Source of the DNA: Cercozoa sp. M6MM | Taxonomy: Eukaryota > Protista > Endomyxa: Ascetosporea | DNA length: 64,000 nt | Strand: one strand, 5' to 3' | Assembly (NCBI GenBank): GCA_040357565.1 | Contig: JBDODJ010000057.1 | Part shown: one piece after another, positions 1 to 14,566 of the stretch | How the letters are laid out: every line of letters starts with the position of its first letter | Position numbering within the stretch: position 1 is the stretch's first letter | Notes under the pieces: generated by a model | Told to the model about the DNA's origin: nothing | The model's database searches: none | Seen by the model: only the letters and a program-made list of their open reading frames with translations | Program-made: the position numbers and the translations under genes

Positions 1-263
1 TACCTAGGCAACTTGGCGCACAGTCTCTACAATGTCGGTGGAACCGCGTACCGACTGCGTTTGGAACGTTCCTCATCGCGGACTATTGAGCGCAGCCATA
101 GTTGGCACGAATGGAGACGATGACCTTCCAGTCGCTTCCATCAACGGCACCGATACTGCACATGATCCCAGCGCTCATGTGCGTGCAGCAAATCGTAACA
201 CTACCCTCATTAGTTATGTATATTACATAAGTTTACATATATATATATATATATATATGTATG

Positions 264-302
<39 letters not shown>

Positions 303-1824
303 CATAGCATGTTATGTGAAAATGAAGTATTGTGTCATCCAGTGTAGGCTGGCACAGCGAACATGAGTTGTTCGCGCCTTTGTCACAAGCGCGTTTCATG
401 GAACTCTCCTCTCTGGTAAATGATCTTGACTCAAACCACCACATTGACAGAAAACCTCCACTCCATTTTGTGCAGATCGTTCACAATCGACCAGCATGGG
501 AGATTGAGGTGCCTAAAAAGGAAACTACGGCTATTGACGACCTATCCAATGGAGTTGATGACGCACGCGAGGACATCGTCATCGAAGAAGCCGAGGAAGA
601 CAACAACGATGACGACGTCCCCATCTTGAGCACGCAAGTGTCGCAACATGTGCCTATCATCGTCATCTCGTCCGCCAAGTCACCTAGGTATCCATTCGTG
701 GAATGTAAAGCAGTAACAGTGCCCAGCAAGATTGTATTTAGGCGTCGGGCCGTGGCCAAGCGACTTCATAAAGCTGGGTTAGAGTTTGCTTTCTTCGATG
801 CCATGGTAATACTGATACTGTACTTTACGTTTGATTAATCGCGGCAGTGCTTAGTTTAACGATCATGAGCAAACTTAGGCACCGCATCCAGGTGAAGCGG
901 ACAGCGCTGTCAGCTACTTTCGTCGTTGGGCGCTACAGCGGCAATGCTGTTTCCCGCAGTGCTGGCACAAGCATGCGCAGTTGTGGAGACCCGGTACAAC
1001 TTACTCTTTCTGCTAGTTTAAAAAGGATAGCACGTTTATGAGAAAGTTTGCATCTGAATAAATTTAACAACAGGCGATTTGGGTTGTCTCCTAAGCTATG
1101 TGGAAGTTGCTGGCATCATTACAAGGTCTGTCGTTTTCTCCGGGTATGTCCCTGTTTGTATTTATCAACTGGCAAACATGCAAAAGGCACCGATGGCCAC
1201 TGACGTTGGTGATTGAGGACGATGTGCTGCTTCGTGAAGATGTTGACTACCGTCGTGTCGACTGGCGCCAGTGGGCTCTCGGCGACTGGACTTCACTGTT
1301 TCGCGCATTGTGATATTATTTTACTCCCCCTGGTGCTTTGGGATTTCTCTCAAAGACGAACTATGCTGTGTTGTAGACCAGGACAAACGCAGTGCAAGTG
1401 GGGAACAGTCGCACAATTGATAACCTACGAGATGGCAGCTTCTATGTGGATGCGACGTGACTACGTTTTGTCTCAGGTACAGGCACTTTTCACATGTAAC
1501 TTATACCTTGCAAACAAGTAGTCGCACAAAAGTTACTTCATTTAGGGACATGCGATGGACAACCTGCTATGGTTGGGACACATGAGCTACTTTGGCACAC
1601 ATCGTGCGCCATACTGCGAACACCCGGATGACAGTAGAGATGGCGACGAGCACGAACGCAAGAGCGTGCGACTCGATCGCTACCTTTTCGACCACGACGT
1701 CAACCTACCAAGTGACCGTCTGACTGCCAACGATCGCGTAGCACCGATATCCAGACTGCGTGTATGTATCTGTGCTGATATGACTGTACTCAGGAGGGCA
1801 AGGAAACCTACCGACAGGAATTGA
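1..1824 (+). CDS. Glycosyltransferase family 25-like protein (multi-exon; 5' structure uncertain, may begin before the window)
   Basis: Exon peptides PIIVISS..., RLHKAGLEFAFFDAM, CGSCWHHYK, PLTLVIEDDVLL (EDD motif) and WGTVAQLITYEMAASM fall in the order of GT25 motifs (F-FFDAV, GCxLSH, LILEDD, Y-I---A). Stop at 1824. Confidence 0.55.
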
Positions 1825-2122
1825 GGAGTGCCAAGAAATCCAAGAAACTACATGGGCGTGCCCGACGCAACAGGCATGCGGCCGACACCCAGACGTGACA
1901 ATGAGTCGAGTCATGCGACGTTTACAGTTTTGCATGTTTGCCAGTACGTTAGTATAAACTATTACCGTTCAGTTGACGCACAGGCGGACCGAACTGAAAC
2001 ACTGTAGCTCAGTGACTCAGTTTAATAGCAACACTGGGTAGTTTAAATTTATAATTAGCTCAGTGAGGTTGCTAAATGGAACGGAACTGGACGCGACACG
2101 CAGGGCGGATGCTCCGCCAATC

Positions 2123-5100
2123 ATGACAAGTAGGTTCAGTTGACTTTAGTTGAACTTTCAGCAAAGTGAGCTCTCTAGAAGTACAGTGCCGATTTTTTGA
2201 GCTGGGTGCACGCAGAGCGACTGTAGAGCAGCGCTTGAGCAGAATGGACGAAGTGCTGTTTCATGATGATATTGAGAATGGCATGGGAATGCCCATGGAC
2301 GATGCCAGTTCTGGTTACGTACGTGTAGCAGACTCGGAACCTCAACACAGAAGCGGAAACATGCTCGCTGTCTATCAGGGCAAAAACGGACAACCTGTTG
2401 GTACTGCTTGACCTCGGTGAAATCCGGGAATGTAGTTTTCAACATACTAATCAATTCAGATGTGCATTCAGGTATTGCCGTATTCAACCATGAAACGAGG
2501 GACCTTGGGTTGACCACCGTTAGCAGCATTCTGGATGTGAAAGACATCCAGTCACAGCACGCTCCAGTGCTTACACTCACAAACAGATTACCAGTATCGT
2601 CTTTCTTTCGAAACCTGCAGGAGAAGGATTCGAGTGACGACACCGCAGACGATACTATATATGAGAGCGAGGGTGAAGACCCCGCCAGCAACCTTGATGA
2701 CGGCAAGAATGACGCGAACTGCTACAAAGTGAAGAGTTGTAGGGCATCACAGTGTCGTCCGTATCTGGTCAAAGAGTGTGTTCTCGTTGCGAAGCTCAAT
2801 TGTTCTTGTGGACTACAAAACAGTCCGTATATTACTGTAGCATGCTTCGCTCGTGCGTTGTGAGAGAACTTCCGGGTTCAGGGCACCTCGCGACTGTGCA
2901 GGAGGCTGTCCTCCTGTTTTCACGGGTCATTCCTTTCGACGAAGAACATGTCGTGAGTGCAGTGAGTTCGCTTCGTGGTTGTCTATGTGGGGTTACAAAA
3001 AGTATGGTACAGTGTTTATTGTATTGTCAGTTGGGGATGATACTTGAACACCTGCACACGTTCGACGAACTGGGTCTGCAGTTCAATTCATTAAAGCACG
3101 TTTCTTTGACGGGCACTGTCGGCATGGACAAGGACGCTTTTAACGGGCTGAATGTGTTTAAAACAGACACTCATCCAAGCAGTCGTAAGTGTGCCTTTCC
3201 AACTCGGGTGTTTTTGTTGTTTCGGCTATCTTCCGCACCGATACATTGCCCCCCCCCCAGACGGGTGCAAGCGAAACAAAGTCGGGTTGTCCTTGTTTTC
3301 TATCTTTCTTTCCTACGTGACAACGCAAGGCGGAAAAAGGCGTCTGAAAGAGGTGTTTCGATTCCCCATTTCGAACATCGAGGAGATTCAGGAAAGGCAA
3401 GCATCAATCGAGTACTTGATTAAAACGCCTCGTTTATGCGGCTCTATCAAAAAGTCACTGCGCAAACTGGTATACCAGACGCAAACCCTGCCATTTCCAC
3501 CGACTTGTTGATACGACAGTCGTATCTGGGCAGTCTCCAATTGAACGTGTGCTCGCTCTTGTGCGCATGAAAAGCAAACAACTGCAGTGGGGACAAATCA
3601 AACGAATGCACGATACGCTGGAGTCGCTGTTGCAGATACTGCAAGTCATTGGCGAGAAGTATGATCCTGACGAAGAGTACCCAGACATTTTCTCTGAGCT
3701 CAATCGTATCAACTCATTCCATCGCGCTGTGTTCTCCGACGTTGTTCTCGAGTGTCGCAAGATTGACTTCCAAGCCAGCAAACAGCAGAATCGCATCGTT
3801 TTTCGAAGAGGAGTGGACGAGGCATACGATGAAGCAGCCGACCGCATTGAGTCCGTTCCTGAGGTGCTAAACGCTGTCTCCGCGAAGATTCAGTGTCTGT
3901 TTGAGGGTCTCGATCACAAGCCAAATTTGGAGTTCTCGGTCGCCACTGGTATATGTGGAGTTGCTCTATCGCCCGAGTTTGACAAGATCGACGACATTGT
4001 TGAGCTTCTGTTCAAGGAAGACGGCAAGGTCTACTACCAAACTGATGATATGGGTCAGTTTCATTTTCTCCTCTTTCATGCAGAGCTTCTGTTGACTTGA
4101 CGAGATTCAGTTGTGAAGTACAGTTGAAACACAGCGCTTCATCTATGAGTGGATTGAGTTGCTCTTGGAGGAAGAACAAAGAATGACCGACGTGCTATGC
4201 GACGTACTTCTCAAAATCGAACCTCAGTTGAAGAACGTTCTGCGCTACATGGATGAACTCGACGTGTTTGTCGCCGCTGCAGAAACTGCAGTTGCGTTCA
4301 ACATGACATGTCCTCAGGTGACAAATAGCAACGTGCTTACCGTTCGCAACTGTCGCAATCTGTAAATCTAAGAATATTATAGTTGCAAAACTCTTCCCAC
4401 AACCGTTACGGTGTTATTTCTCACGCGCAGAATACTTGAATGGAAGCTCGAAAGCTCGGCAGTTGTTCCGAACTCTGTTTGCATGACGGAAAGCTCCAGT
4501 CGTATTCTTCTTGTGAGTGGACCAAACGGTTCCGGAAAAAGCGTGGCACTAAAAGCGTTTGCTTCGTGTGTGTACCTCGCACACCTTGGCTTCGTAAGCT
4601 CTTTTCGAATTCAGTCAAACTGTTTCAACGAATGTAGTAACGTGAGTGCAGTACGTGCCGGCGGAAAGTGCTGTCATTGGCGTTGTCGATGCGATCATGA
4701 CTCGCCTGCATGCTGGTGTGTTAAACCACATTTCTTTGCTGTTATGTTACAAAAAGCACCGAATAGTTGACACGATCCATTCAACTTTGAGTGCGTTTTC
4801 AAGGTGATGAATGTACAAGCATCGCAGCACGCTTAATTATAAATTACTTGTCTACCTGTACCTAGAGACCTCTCGCAGGTGGGTTCTATTCTCCGAAAGG
4901 CTACGTCACGCTCCTTAGTCACTATCGACGAGTTCGGAAAGGGTGTGTCGATGCAGCATTGACCTACGAAGTGTAAACTGACATGAGTATTTACAAACTG
5001 TACATTTACTCGAGCAGGGACCCTACATGCCAACGGCTGTGGTTTGCTTGCTGCTACCATCCGGCACCTACTCTACCAAGCGCGTCCTTGTGCCTCGCCG

Positions 5101-5134
5101 GTTCTATGCCCGCGAGTCCTCATAGCAACACAGT

Positions 5135-5182
<48 letters not shown>

Positions 5183-5192
5183 NNNNNNNNNN

Positions 5193-5264
<72 letters not shown>

Positions 5265-5869
5265 ATTACTGATCACAAGCACATGTGTTTCTGTACTGCT
5301 GCAGCTTCTACGAGCTTTTCCAGGACCAAATTACGCGTCTGATTGTTGGCGATCACATCCAGGGCGAGAAACTACTCGCACGTGCCAAGATGGAAATCCA
5401 CGTCGGCAGTGACAGCATTCCTACCTTCCAATACCGGCTCGTTTCAGGCTTTTGCGACAACTCGCTTGCGGCACTGTGCGCGAGACGCATCGGCGTCCCG
5501 CAAAAGATCATTAACCGTAGCTTGAGGCTTTGAGACCGAGTTAATTTAAATGGTGTTGCACGCTTTGTAGGCATGGAAGAAGTGCGACGTCTCTTCGCGC
5601 AGCGAGATCGCGCAGGAATGCGGCACTTTGCAGATCAATTCGACGAGAACTCTTCGTTGTCGCTGCACGAAAACTCTGGTTTGCTGACAACGGAGCGTCT
5701 TTGGACTGCCATGTCTCGCTCTGACACGAGAAGTGCAGTGAGCCACGTTTGCACACTCATGGACGGCGCGCTAAGCGAAGCCTCTACCACCGGCGGCTCG
5801 GTGACGTCCGACAACTTACGCACGATTTCGAAGGCCGCGAAGCACGTATTGGTAACAAATCACTTCTGA
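2123..5869 (+). CDS. MSH5: MutS homolog 5 (meiotic MutS-gamma subunit); start codon tentative
   Basis: Spliced peptides MDKDAFNGLNVFKTDTHPS, KVGLSLFSIF...TTQGGKRRLKEVFRFP, Walker A SGPNGSGKS, YLAHLG-YVPAESAVIG, SLVTIDEFGKG and FQYRLVSG...ALCARRIGVPQKIINRS. The HPS and GLSLF motifs and the lack of a mismatch-binding domain point to MSH5. Confidence 0.85.
5136..5262. repeat. (CT)n microsatellite with a 10-N gap inside an MSH5 intron
   Basis: Directly visible. Confidence 0.95.
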
Positions 5870-5991
5870 ATTACTGGGACCTGTGCGATGCGACGGAACT
5901 TGCAGCAGTAAATTCGCACTGTGTATATGATGTGCAGGACAAAGCTGCTAACACGAATAATGCCAACTTCAGCGGCTGAACCGAAAAAACT

Positions 5992-6185
5992 CTGCTCCGT
6001 GTGTTTCGTGCTGGATAGTGACGGAGGCCTTCTGTTCGCTTGTGCTGCAGTGGCGGAGACGAGTATTGGAGGCGTGCCGCGCCTTCCCACAACACGTGTT
6101 TGAGGGCAACGTTAATGACGACGACGATGCCAGCACTAGTCCGGCGAATCGTTATGTGAACTTTCCTTTCATTTGGTTGAAACTG
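5992..6185 (+). pseudogene. Degenerate duplicated fragment of the ABHD17 last intron, last exon and proximal 3' UTR
   Basis: Reverse-complement match to 19014-19201, with a short insertion in the intron part and 1-nt and 2-nt deletions in the exon part. Confidence 0.85.
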
Positions 6186-6604
6186 TACTGTACTCGGATC
6201 GCAGCACAGTCCCGCGATTCAGCAAATTTTCGACTTGGGCGTCTGGTGGCTTCGGCTTAATCCCCCTCCGCCCGTTAACAAACTAATTAGTACTGCACAA
6301 AGCAGACTGTACTCGTGCAGGTGATGGCGCTGTTGTCGCGAACCGAGTTCGTTGGTTCTGTTCGCGCCTTTCAGACAGCCATCGACACCTTCGAACGGCG
6401 TGGTATCTATCCACCATGGTGCAAACTCTTTTTTAGATAGGCTCGGCTAGTAGGCAAATACTGTAATGTAAACAGCAAGCGATCGCTGCCGGTGGAGCAA
6501 GCCGGGGCAGCGACGTCGGCGCAATGTCGCGACGACAGTTCGGAGTGCGTTGGCGTTTTTTGCCCTCCTGTATACCCGACCCCCGGTTTACCCGTTTACC
6601 CCCC

Positions 6605-6681
6605 AGAGCCACAAACTCTTCTCTTTTTTGTCTGTGACCTGTCCAGCCTGTAGACTGCATAATCTGAGTCAGTCTGTAACA
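6605..6681 (-). mobile_element. Fragment of the same LTR-like family as 63548-63955
   Basis: The minus strand reads TGTTACAGACTGACTCAGATTATGCAGTCT and later GTTTGTGGCTCT. Both blocks (25 and 12 nt exact) occur in the same order in the element at 63548. The distal boundary was not identified. Confidence 0.6.
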
Positions 6682-6917
6682 GTTTTTTGTATCACTGGCT
6701 AAGTCCCTCAATTTACCGAGGCTTAACCCCTATCTGAGAGGGCTGCGGTAACATAGTAACTACGACGCGATGCGTACAGTAGGCGCAGTGCACTAGCATA
6801 GCGTAGCGCAGTTGAGCAGGCTCGGCTAAGCGGTCTGCCCGTTCGAGTCGGTGTGTTCGTGTTCAAGATTTACGCGAGTGGTCCTAGCGTAGTCGAGTCG
6901 CGACGTCGCACCGCGTT

Positions 6918-8198
6918 TTACTGGTTCTTGTCTTTGCTGCCACCGCCGCATTTGGAGTAGTCAAAGCCACAAATGAAGGAGGACAGCAGCCAGATCAGCA
7001 CGGCCAGCAGCAGGAACAGGAACAAGAGGTTCTTGCAGTTCTTCCTGCGAGCACAGACACCATACACACATAACCTCAGCAGCGAAAGAGCCCTCGTCGT
7101 ACCACCACATGTGACGATGCAAGCGACGCGACGTGCCGCGGTAGATCTCGGCGTCTTCGTCGATACGTTCCGTCTTGTCGACCTGTTGATTGTCGTGTCA
7201 CATCGGTGGTGAAGAAGGACACAAGAACAATGTGAACCAAAATAAAGAGCGAGCACAAGGATCTCAAGGCGCTGCGAGCGGTCCAGGAGCTTCTCGATGC
7301 CCTGCTTCACTTGGTCCTGCGCATCCTCAATGTCCTCCTGGATACGGCGCATCTTGGCGTCCTGGCCTTGCGAGTTCCAGTAGTCCATCTGCTGTCTCAG
7401 CGTGATCTGCGCAGAATCAGTAGGTCACAGAGGGCAGCGGGGGGGGGGGGGGGGGNNNNNNNNNNNNNNNNNNNNNNNNNNNNNNNNNNNNNNNNNNNNN
7501 NNNNNNNNNNNNNNNNNNNNNNNNNNNNNNNNNNNNNNNNNNNNNNNNNNNNNNNGGTCCAATCAGGCAACGCACCTTGAAGTCAGCGTTCAGCGAGAAA
7601 GCGAGTGCCGTGCGCGCACGCTCGCCGTAGGTCGACCCTGCAGAAGACAAGAGAATAACAGGCGCATGGGGGGGGGGGGTGAAACAGAAGCTACGGAATC
7701 GATCGGCGATGTCACGCAAGAAACGGAAGGGAGCGACGCTAAAACACACACACGCCAAACGTGAGCACACAGGGCACATTTACTCTGCCAGAAACCAGAA
7801 ATACCTGCCCATGGCGTTGTCGGCCATACACATGTAAACAATGCCATCGATGGTGATGTAGTGGAAGTTGTATTTGTTCGACGTGATCGAACGACGCGTT
7901 TCGCCTGCCGCCGACACTTGCAGCTTCGGCAGCAACTCGCGCTACTTGCAAACAAAATGACATCAACACGCATGCTCCAGTCAAGCGAAATCACAGTAAA
8001 ACAAGCGAAAATTAGCGAGAAATTTCGTGAAAGTGCGAAAAGTTGCAGTCAGAAATGCTCAGAAAGCATTAAAGTCATCAGGCAGAAATGCTCAGAAAGC
8101 GTTACCGTGATCTGCGTGAAGTTGCCCGTGACGCCGCTGGACGTACACTCGGCCAGCACGTGCGTGTCACGCGCCACTAGCGAGTACAGGATCGGCAT
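6918..8198 (-). CDS. VAMP7: Longin R-SNARE, VAMP7-like
   Basis: N-terminus MPILYSLVARDTHVLAECTSSGVTGNF (longin domain). SNARE motif DQVKQGIEKLLDRSQRLEILV with the zero-layer R. C-terminal TM LLFLFLLLAVLIWLLSSFICGFD. A 100-N gap lies inside the gene. Confidence 0.9.
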
Positions 8199-8692
8199 CT
8201 CGCTGCGTTCACACTAAGATTTGGATGCTTCCCTGCACAAACAAAAACACACAAACAATCAGCACAAACAGTAACAATCAGCACAAAGCTGTTCACACGC
8301 AGCACGCGATGCCATGCACCTAGCTTACAATCCGTACCTGTAGGGTCGCGTCTAAAGCTGTGTCGCGCCCGATACGGCCAGAAGTGTCCTTGGGTCGAGC
8401 TGGAGCAGACAAAAATAATTTCAAGTTGAGACGATCGCATTTTTCGGAATTCGATCGGAGAAAGTGAGCAAAAACAGGACGGGCGAAGTGGTATAAGTGC
8501 AGTAAGCGGGATCTAAAGGCAGGGGAGGCAGGTAGCTTTGTAGCTGATGTGAACCAGCAGCTAGGTGTCGCCCTAGACTAGAATCCAGGTTAGCAGGTCA
8601 GAGGAGGCAAAATCAAAAAATCTGTTGGGTGCATTCAGTTCAGTTTGGTCGGTCAGTTTCTCGAAACTCTATCGACATCGATCAAACAAAGG

Positions 8693-10664
<1,972 letters not shown>

Positions 10665-11163
10665 GCTCTGCGATCAACACAGAATTGGGGTCAAACGGGC
10701 TTTGGAAAAGGTATTGGTTTGGCCCGCGATCAAAAGCAATCCAGCGATGCAAAATCAGATAAAAGAACCTTGGTTGGCGTTTCTTGCGAGTTAGCACACG
10801 CACTCGCACCCGCTCGCGTGCAAAAACTCGCCAAATACGATAACTCCGGACCAAAATAATCACGGTTCTCTCGATCCGTTGCAAGAAACGCACGATCCAC
10901 AGTTGTTTGCAGTGCTTCCTCCGCTCTTTGCAATGTGCGATCCCTGTGAGAACACACAATTTTAATGAATGGCCTGCTTTACTATCGTGCACCAAAGCAG
11001 GATTTTTCATATTTTCTGGCTAAAAATTACGAAAAACCGAACCACCGCGTCGGCGTCGCGCACGGTAATTAACGAAGTTCACCCGGCCCAGGCGAATAAA
11101 TCGAACTGAAGAATGCGTTAGCGACTTGTTAAATCCATCGGAGACTAAAGAAATCTTGCATTT

Positions 11164-11164
<1 letters not shown>

Positions 11165-11210
<46 letters not shown>
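11165..11210. repeat. (CT)n microsatellite, intergenic
   Basis: Directly visible. Confidence 0.95.
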
Positions 11211-11213
<3 letters not shown>

Positions 11214-11237
11214 AAAACTACGGTACTGACCGGACGA

Positions 11238-12819
11238 TCAGCGCAACAGTAGATCAGCGTAGACCGGTAGGTGGTCTGACGGTTCCGTCTGTGACACCAC
11301 ACAATCCACATTGATCAACTGTTCGACAGGCTGATTGCAGGAGCAACAACGCACAGAAATGTCGGGCAGAAGATCGGACACACGACGCTCAAGAGCTCGA
11401 GGACCCTGTTTTCCGCAAGTGACGCATGATGGCAAAGTCAATTGTAAGTTGAGAAACGCACCTGCAGGTCGCCAGAGATCTCAATCTGGCCCGACACAAA
11501 GATGTGGTCTAGCAGCTCGACTCGGTGTTGCTCGCTGCAGACACCTTATTCTTCTGGATCGACAGGTCTGGGAGAGGGTAAGATAAGTATACGGGTCGTA
11601 GCTATCGCGCGCAGGCCACCGGAGCAGCCACTGGCGCAGTTGTTCCGTGTTGTAAGCCGATGCATGCTTCGTCAATTGACGCGACTCCGGCACGGCCTGG
11701 CCGCGCAACTAGAGCGACACACGTAGAGCTTGTGTCAAAGCGTGCAGGTAGGGAGGTTACCTTGCTGTTGCTAAACAAACTGGCATCGCACGAAACGCGC
11801 GTCATTGCCTGCAGTTCATAAGACAAGACTCCTCATAGAGGTGGGAGTCTTGTAAACTACAGGGCAGTGTACCCCCATAAGAGAGACGGCATGCGACGGT
11901 TCGCCACTGTCGTGACTCTCCTCGTCTAACAAACAACAGGAGGTCGGGTCCCACAAAAGGATGCAACGGAAGGGTAGAACATGAGGATCAAATACAAGGG
12001 TACAACACAAGGTATACCAGGCGCTGCGTTGAAATCGCCGGCCACAATGACGCGTCGTACGTCAAGTTTCGCGTGCTGCCGCAATGCTTGCGAGAGCTTT
12101 CTCAGCAGTACCTGGGGAGGTTAAGGTAATAGGGTGAGGGGGGAGGAATAAACACGATACCGCCTCGAACTCGTTGGCGCGCTGGAACACCGTGCCAGTA
12201 CCTCGGACCATCACCTGTATATATCAATATACACCAGTTACATATACCAGCTATATATATATATACCGTGACATATCTTATGCTATATATATATATATAT
12301 ATATATTCCGAGTTATGTAGAGATGTACCAGTTAATATAGATAGCAGCTTTGTATAATAGAAGATAAACATAAAGATGGACATCAATTATGTCTATAATG
12401 TGTACCAGTTAACAATAGATAAGGAGAAAAAGATCACCATACCAGATGCGAGGTCAGCACAGCGAGGTGTCCGTCCAGCGAAGACGTGCGCAGCAGGGCG
12501 CCCACCACGACCTGCGAGAACTTCTTCATCAGACGCTCCTTGAGCGCGGCGTCGTCCTCAAACACTCGTTCCGGCAGATGCGGCCGCGTGCGCACCGAGA
12601 AACACCTGATGTTGGTAAAAGTGTAGGGGGGGGCAAAGAGAAGGCAACTTGTACCCATTGGCAGCAACACTGAGACGCAGTTCGAGGGTTAACTACAAAA
12701 GTGAAGTCGCTGAAGGGCTTGAAGGGGCAAAACAAAGTGGTGCTACAGTATCCTTCAGCCACGGCACTTCCTCCGGTGTCACACATCTGCGCATGTGTGT
12801 GTGTGTGTGCGTGTGTGTG

Positions 12820-12861
<42 letters not shown>

Positions 12862-14131
12862 NNNNNNNNNNNNNNNNNNNNNNNNNNNNNNNNNNNNNNN
12901 NNNNNNNNNNNNNNNNNNNNNNNNNNNNNNNNNNNNNNNNNNNNNNNNNNNNNNNNNNNNNGTAATACGGGGTTTTGAGGAATGATATCACAGGATAAAG
13001 TACATGTGCATGGCAGGCAAATCGAACCGCCTGCCTCGGCCTTGCTTGTTCTATACGGAGGCAAGGGGAAGGTAAGGGGCGGAGGGAAGGGAGTAAAGTC
13101 TACCTTGTACTCTTGCGTCGTGCGCAGACCGAAATCGTCGCAAGCGTACAGTTCGCGCAGTGGCACTTCTTCCTGAGTGACCACATGACCGCACAGACAA
13201 TGACAACACAAAGTGACCACAGACAGTGATCACCAGGAAGTGATCACAGACAGTGACCGCACACGGAGTGACCACACAGCAAAGGGAGCGTTTCCTACCA
13301 CCGCCGAGGCTCCAGCGGCCAGCAGCGATTCTGCAGAAATCGGCGCGAATTTTGACTTTCTCTGTTGAGTCGGGGGGGGGGGGGTAAAGGGGTAGAGGTA
13401 AGGGATGTGCAATGACGGGTAACAGGGGGGGGGGGGGGGTAAGACAGTCTACGTATAACAGAACGTTGCCGTAGTCCTGCGAAAGTCCGCCTGTGTCACC
13501 AGCGCCTTCGAACTCGCTTTCTGTCCACTCGTATATTCCTCGACCCTCTATATTTTACTCTGTCGACAGTCAGTACCAAGTGCAAGAAGTGCATCACGCT
13601 GCGCATCGTCGGAACACACGTCAGCTATCCGACGGGTCCAAGTGCCACTGTGATAGTATCACAAGAGGGTAATGAGGAGGAGGGCAGGGCGCTATTGAGG
13701 GGGCAAAGGGTTAAACAGGGAGAATCAGGTACTCTGGTAGACACAAGCGAGCACCAGGCATCAGCAACTCGGCCTGGTGAAACCCCTCGGCTTGCAATGG
13801 CGTACACCTGTCCATCTCCTGCAGCAGCACGACGTCGGCCTCGGCATCGCGAATGCGCTGCAGCAGACGCGGCCAGCGCGACTTCCAACTGAGTGCTGGC
13901 CAACCACAGTTGGCTCCTATGCAAACATCAAGGTGTGGAACGATACCCCGCCCATCTCTCCAGAAAAAGTACCATAAGCCTCGACAACGTCAAAGCGTGC
14001 TCGCCCGTTCGTCACGGCACAGTGGCCCTTCAAGTGCAACACTTTGTTTAGGGGTGCGCAGCTTGCATTTAGAATACCGGCGTTGCGTTGAAGCCGGAGA
14101 GAACATTGTACGTGAGCACGCGACACTCCAT
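11238..14131 (-). CDS. Endonuclease/exonuclease/phosphatase (CCR4/nocturnin/Angel-like) protein
   Basis: MECRVLTYNVL, LSWKSRWPRLLQRIRDAEADVVLLQEMD, AVLTSHL, VIVAGDFNA and EPSDHLPVYADL are all canonical EEP motifs in the expected order. Confidence 0.85.
13177..13277. repeat. Degenerate ~13-bp minisatellite (GTGAYCACAGACA-like) filling an EEP-gene intron
   Basis: About 7-8 imperfect units such as gtgaccacagaca, gtgatcacagaca and gtgaccgcacacg. Confidence 0.8.
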
Positions 14132-14566
14132 GTCTCAATCCTGCCACACATTCTCACGATTTTGTTGATGATGTGGCAGCTTTTTATTTATGCCGATCCA
14201 GAATCGTGCCTTGCCACACACGCATAAGTTGCCAACTTACGATTCGAACACAGTCACGCCGCGAAAAAGCGCAACAAGTAACGATGCTACCGCGGTCATG
14301 GTGTTTGGCTACAATTTTTTTTCTTGATGAGGGATGGGACAAGTAGGTTCCCGAAAGAGAAGTTGAGACGGCACAGTGACTCTCTTTCTGCAGGTACAGG
14401 CAGATTTTGTGTTAGTTAGCGGCCTAAAATCTCATTCGAGCCGCAGCACGAGTGAAAAAAGAAAACGAGTAATTTCCGTGTTTCTAGCTGCACAGTGGCC
14501 GTGCGTAAACGTGGACTCGCCTACGAGCAGACAACGGATACACACCTACAGGCGCGCAGTCACGGG

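Noticed and set aside
2004-2070. Two A-box-like TAGCTCAGTGA motifs
   Set aside because: No B box or cloverleaf follows.
6804-6855. tRNA or SINE (TAGCGCAGTTGAG ... GTTCGAGTC)
   Set aside because: The A-to-B box spacing is too short, the T-stem has only 3 bp, and there is no acceptor or anticodon stem.
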